Positions 63,186 to 64,000 of a stretch of DNA of 64,000 bases are shown here, in pieces. This stretch comes from Bacteroidales bacterium UBA3623 (GTDB taxonomy: Bacteria; Bacteroidota; Bacteroidia; Bacteroidales; UBA932): contig DFLI01000051.1 of assembly GCA_002373715.1 (NCBI GenBank), forward strand, positions 35,797 to 99,796, in the 5' to 3' direction. Position numbers and translations under genes: made by a program. The notes beneath the pieces are model-generated. The model did no database searches and was not told the origin of the DNA. It worked only from the letters and a program-made list of their open reading frames with translations. Numbering within the stretch: the stretch's first letter is position 1; every line of letters begins with the position of its first letter.

Positions 63186-64000
63186 TCAAAGCTCTGGCGA
63201 TGGGCCAGGAGCGGATTCTTGGCAAAGACGCGGGCGCCCACCTGGTAGGCACCGGTCTTCTCTGGCAACATGCTCACCTCATAAGTGGCCTCACCGTCCT
63301 TACAGGAGACAAACTTGAACGGCTGAACCTCCACAATATGCAGTTTGCCGTGTTTGTCCGTCTGGGCGAATACCACCTCTGCGCCCACATCTTCGGGCTT
63401 CAGGCCACCCAGCTGCAATTTCATGGAAGCCGTATACGGCTTGGACTGAGTGATGTCGTAGGATGTTTCCGGGTCGGAACGCCAGGTCTGCTGCACGTTC
63501 TCCCACTCGCGGCGCACATGCGTTTTCCAGGCAGCCAGCTCGCGGGCCTTGGCGAAATCCTTGGCCATCATGTTCCTGGCATCCTTGGACTGGGGCTCGT
63601 AGTACTGGTTGATGTAGTCTGTGAGCATCCGGTTGGTGGTGAAGTTGCAGGCCACCTGGGCGATGGTATTTTTGATGTAGCCAATCCACTCGGAGCTTCT
63701 TCCGGTGGTACGGTCTACATTATAATAGGCGGGAGCGATGTCGTTCTCCAGGATCTGGTAGATGGTGGCGGCATCCAGCTCGTTCTGGAAGTTGTCGTCT
63801 TCGTAGGCCTGCTCGATGGGAAGGGCCCAGCCGGCGCCTTCCTTGTAGCCTTCCACCCACCAGCCGTCCAGCACGGAGAAGTGCATGGTTCCGTTCATCG
63901 CGGCCTTTTCACCGGAGGTGCCGGAAGCTTCCTGGGGACGGGTAGGGTTGTTCATCCACACATCCACGCCCTGCACCATGCGCTTGGCGAGCGTGATGTC
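63167..64000 (-). CDS. glgP: Alpha-glucan (glycogen/maltodextrin) phosphorylase, C-terminal part; 5' end beyond window
   Basis: GVDVWMNNPTRPQEASGTSGEKAAMNG (PLP-Lys motif), SVLDGWW.EG, FTTNRML.DY. Confidence 0.93.
   Translation of the reverse strand, partial: DITLAKRMVQGVDVWMNNPTRPQEASGTSGEKAAMNGTMHFSVLDGWWVEGYKEGAGWALPIEQAYEDDNFQNELDAATIYQILENDIAPAYYNVDRTTGRSSEWIGYIKNTIAQVACNFTTNRMLTDYINQYYEPQSKDARNMMAKDFAKARELAAWKTHVRREWENVQQTWRSDPETSYDITQSKPYTASMKLQLGGLKPEDVGAEVVFAQTDKHGKLHIVEVQPFKFVSCKDGEATYEVSMLPEKTGAYQVGARVFAKNPLLAHRQSFECVKWL

Overview
A 64 kb chromosomal segment from a GC-rich Bacteroidales bacterium, inferred from TAnnTTTG -7 promoters, Bacteroidota-type ileS/dksA/lspA and many lipoproteins; it resembles rumen/gut lineages. 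Housekeeping genes are rpsO, pnp, ileS, lspA, dksA, tsaB, greA, ribF and a partial glgP. There are three tRNAs (Ser-CGA, Ser-TGA, Val-CAC), peptidoglycan-recycling genes (NlpC/P60 plus dipeptide epimerase; AmgK-RapZ plus MurU-like) and an AraC-TolC-HlyD-ABC2 efflux locus. Three accessory systems stand out. (1) A cyclase-less RiPP-like operon at 27414-31234 (HPrK-type kinase, S24/S26 peptidase, PqqD/RRE, ABC exporter, HAD phosphatase), with an unannotated 47-aa YxxP-leader peptide gene 5.4 kb away (21824-21967) in front of a fimbrillin-like gene. (2) A six-gene signalling/NRPS operon at 42628-53703: REC-PP2C, membrane-anchored WD40 protein, a sensor kinase whose phospho-His is replaced by Asp, a sensor-less intact kinase, a TPR-TonB receptor and an A-T-TE enzyme with a Cys-type thioesterase. 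(3) A lipoprotein cluster at 16141-26218 with a Venus-flytrap/legumain (C13) fusion and orphan solute-binding proteins. Several families of small palindromic elements are present; some are inserted in frame into tsaB, ribF and the kinase gene. Both tRNA-Ser genes carry inverted fold-back duplications of their 3' boundary. No integrase, transposase, CRISPR array or rRNA was seen. All family assignments come from motif recognition by eye, not database searches.
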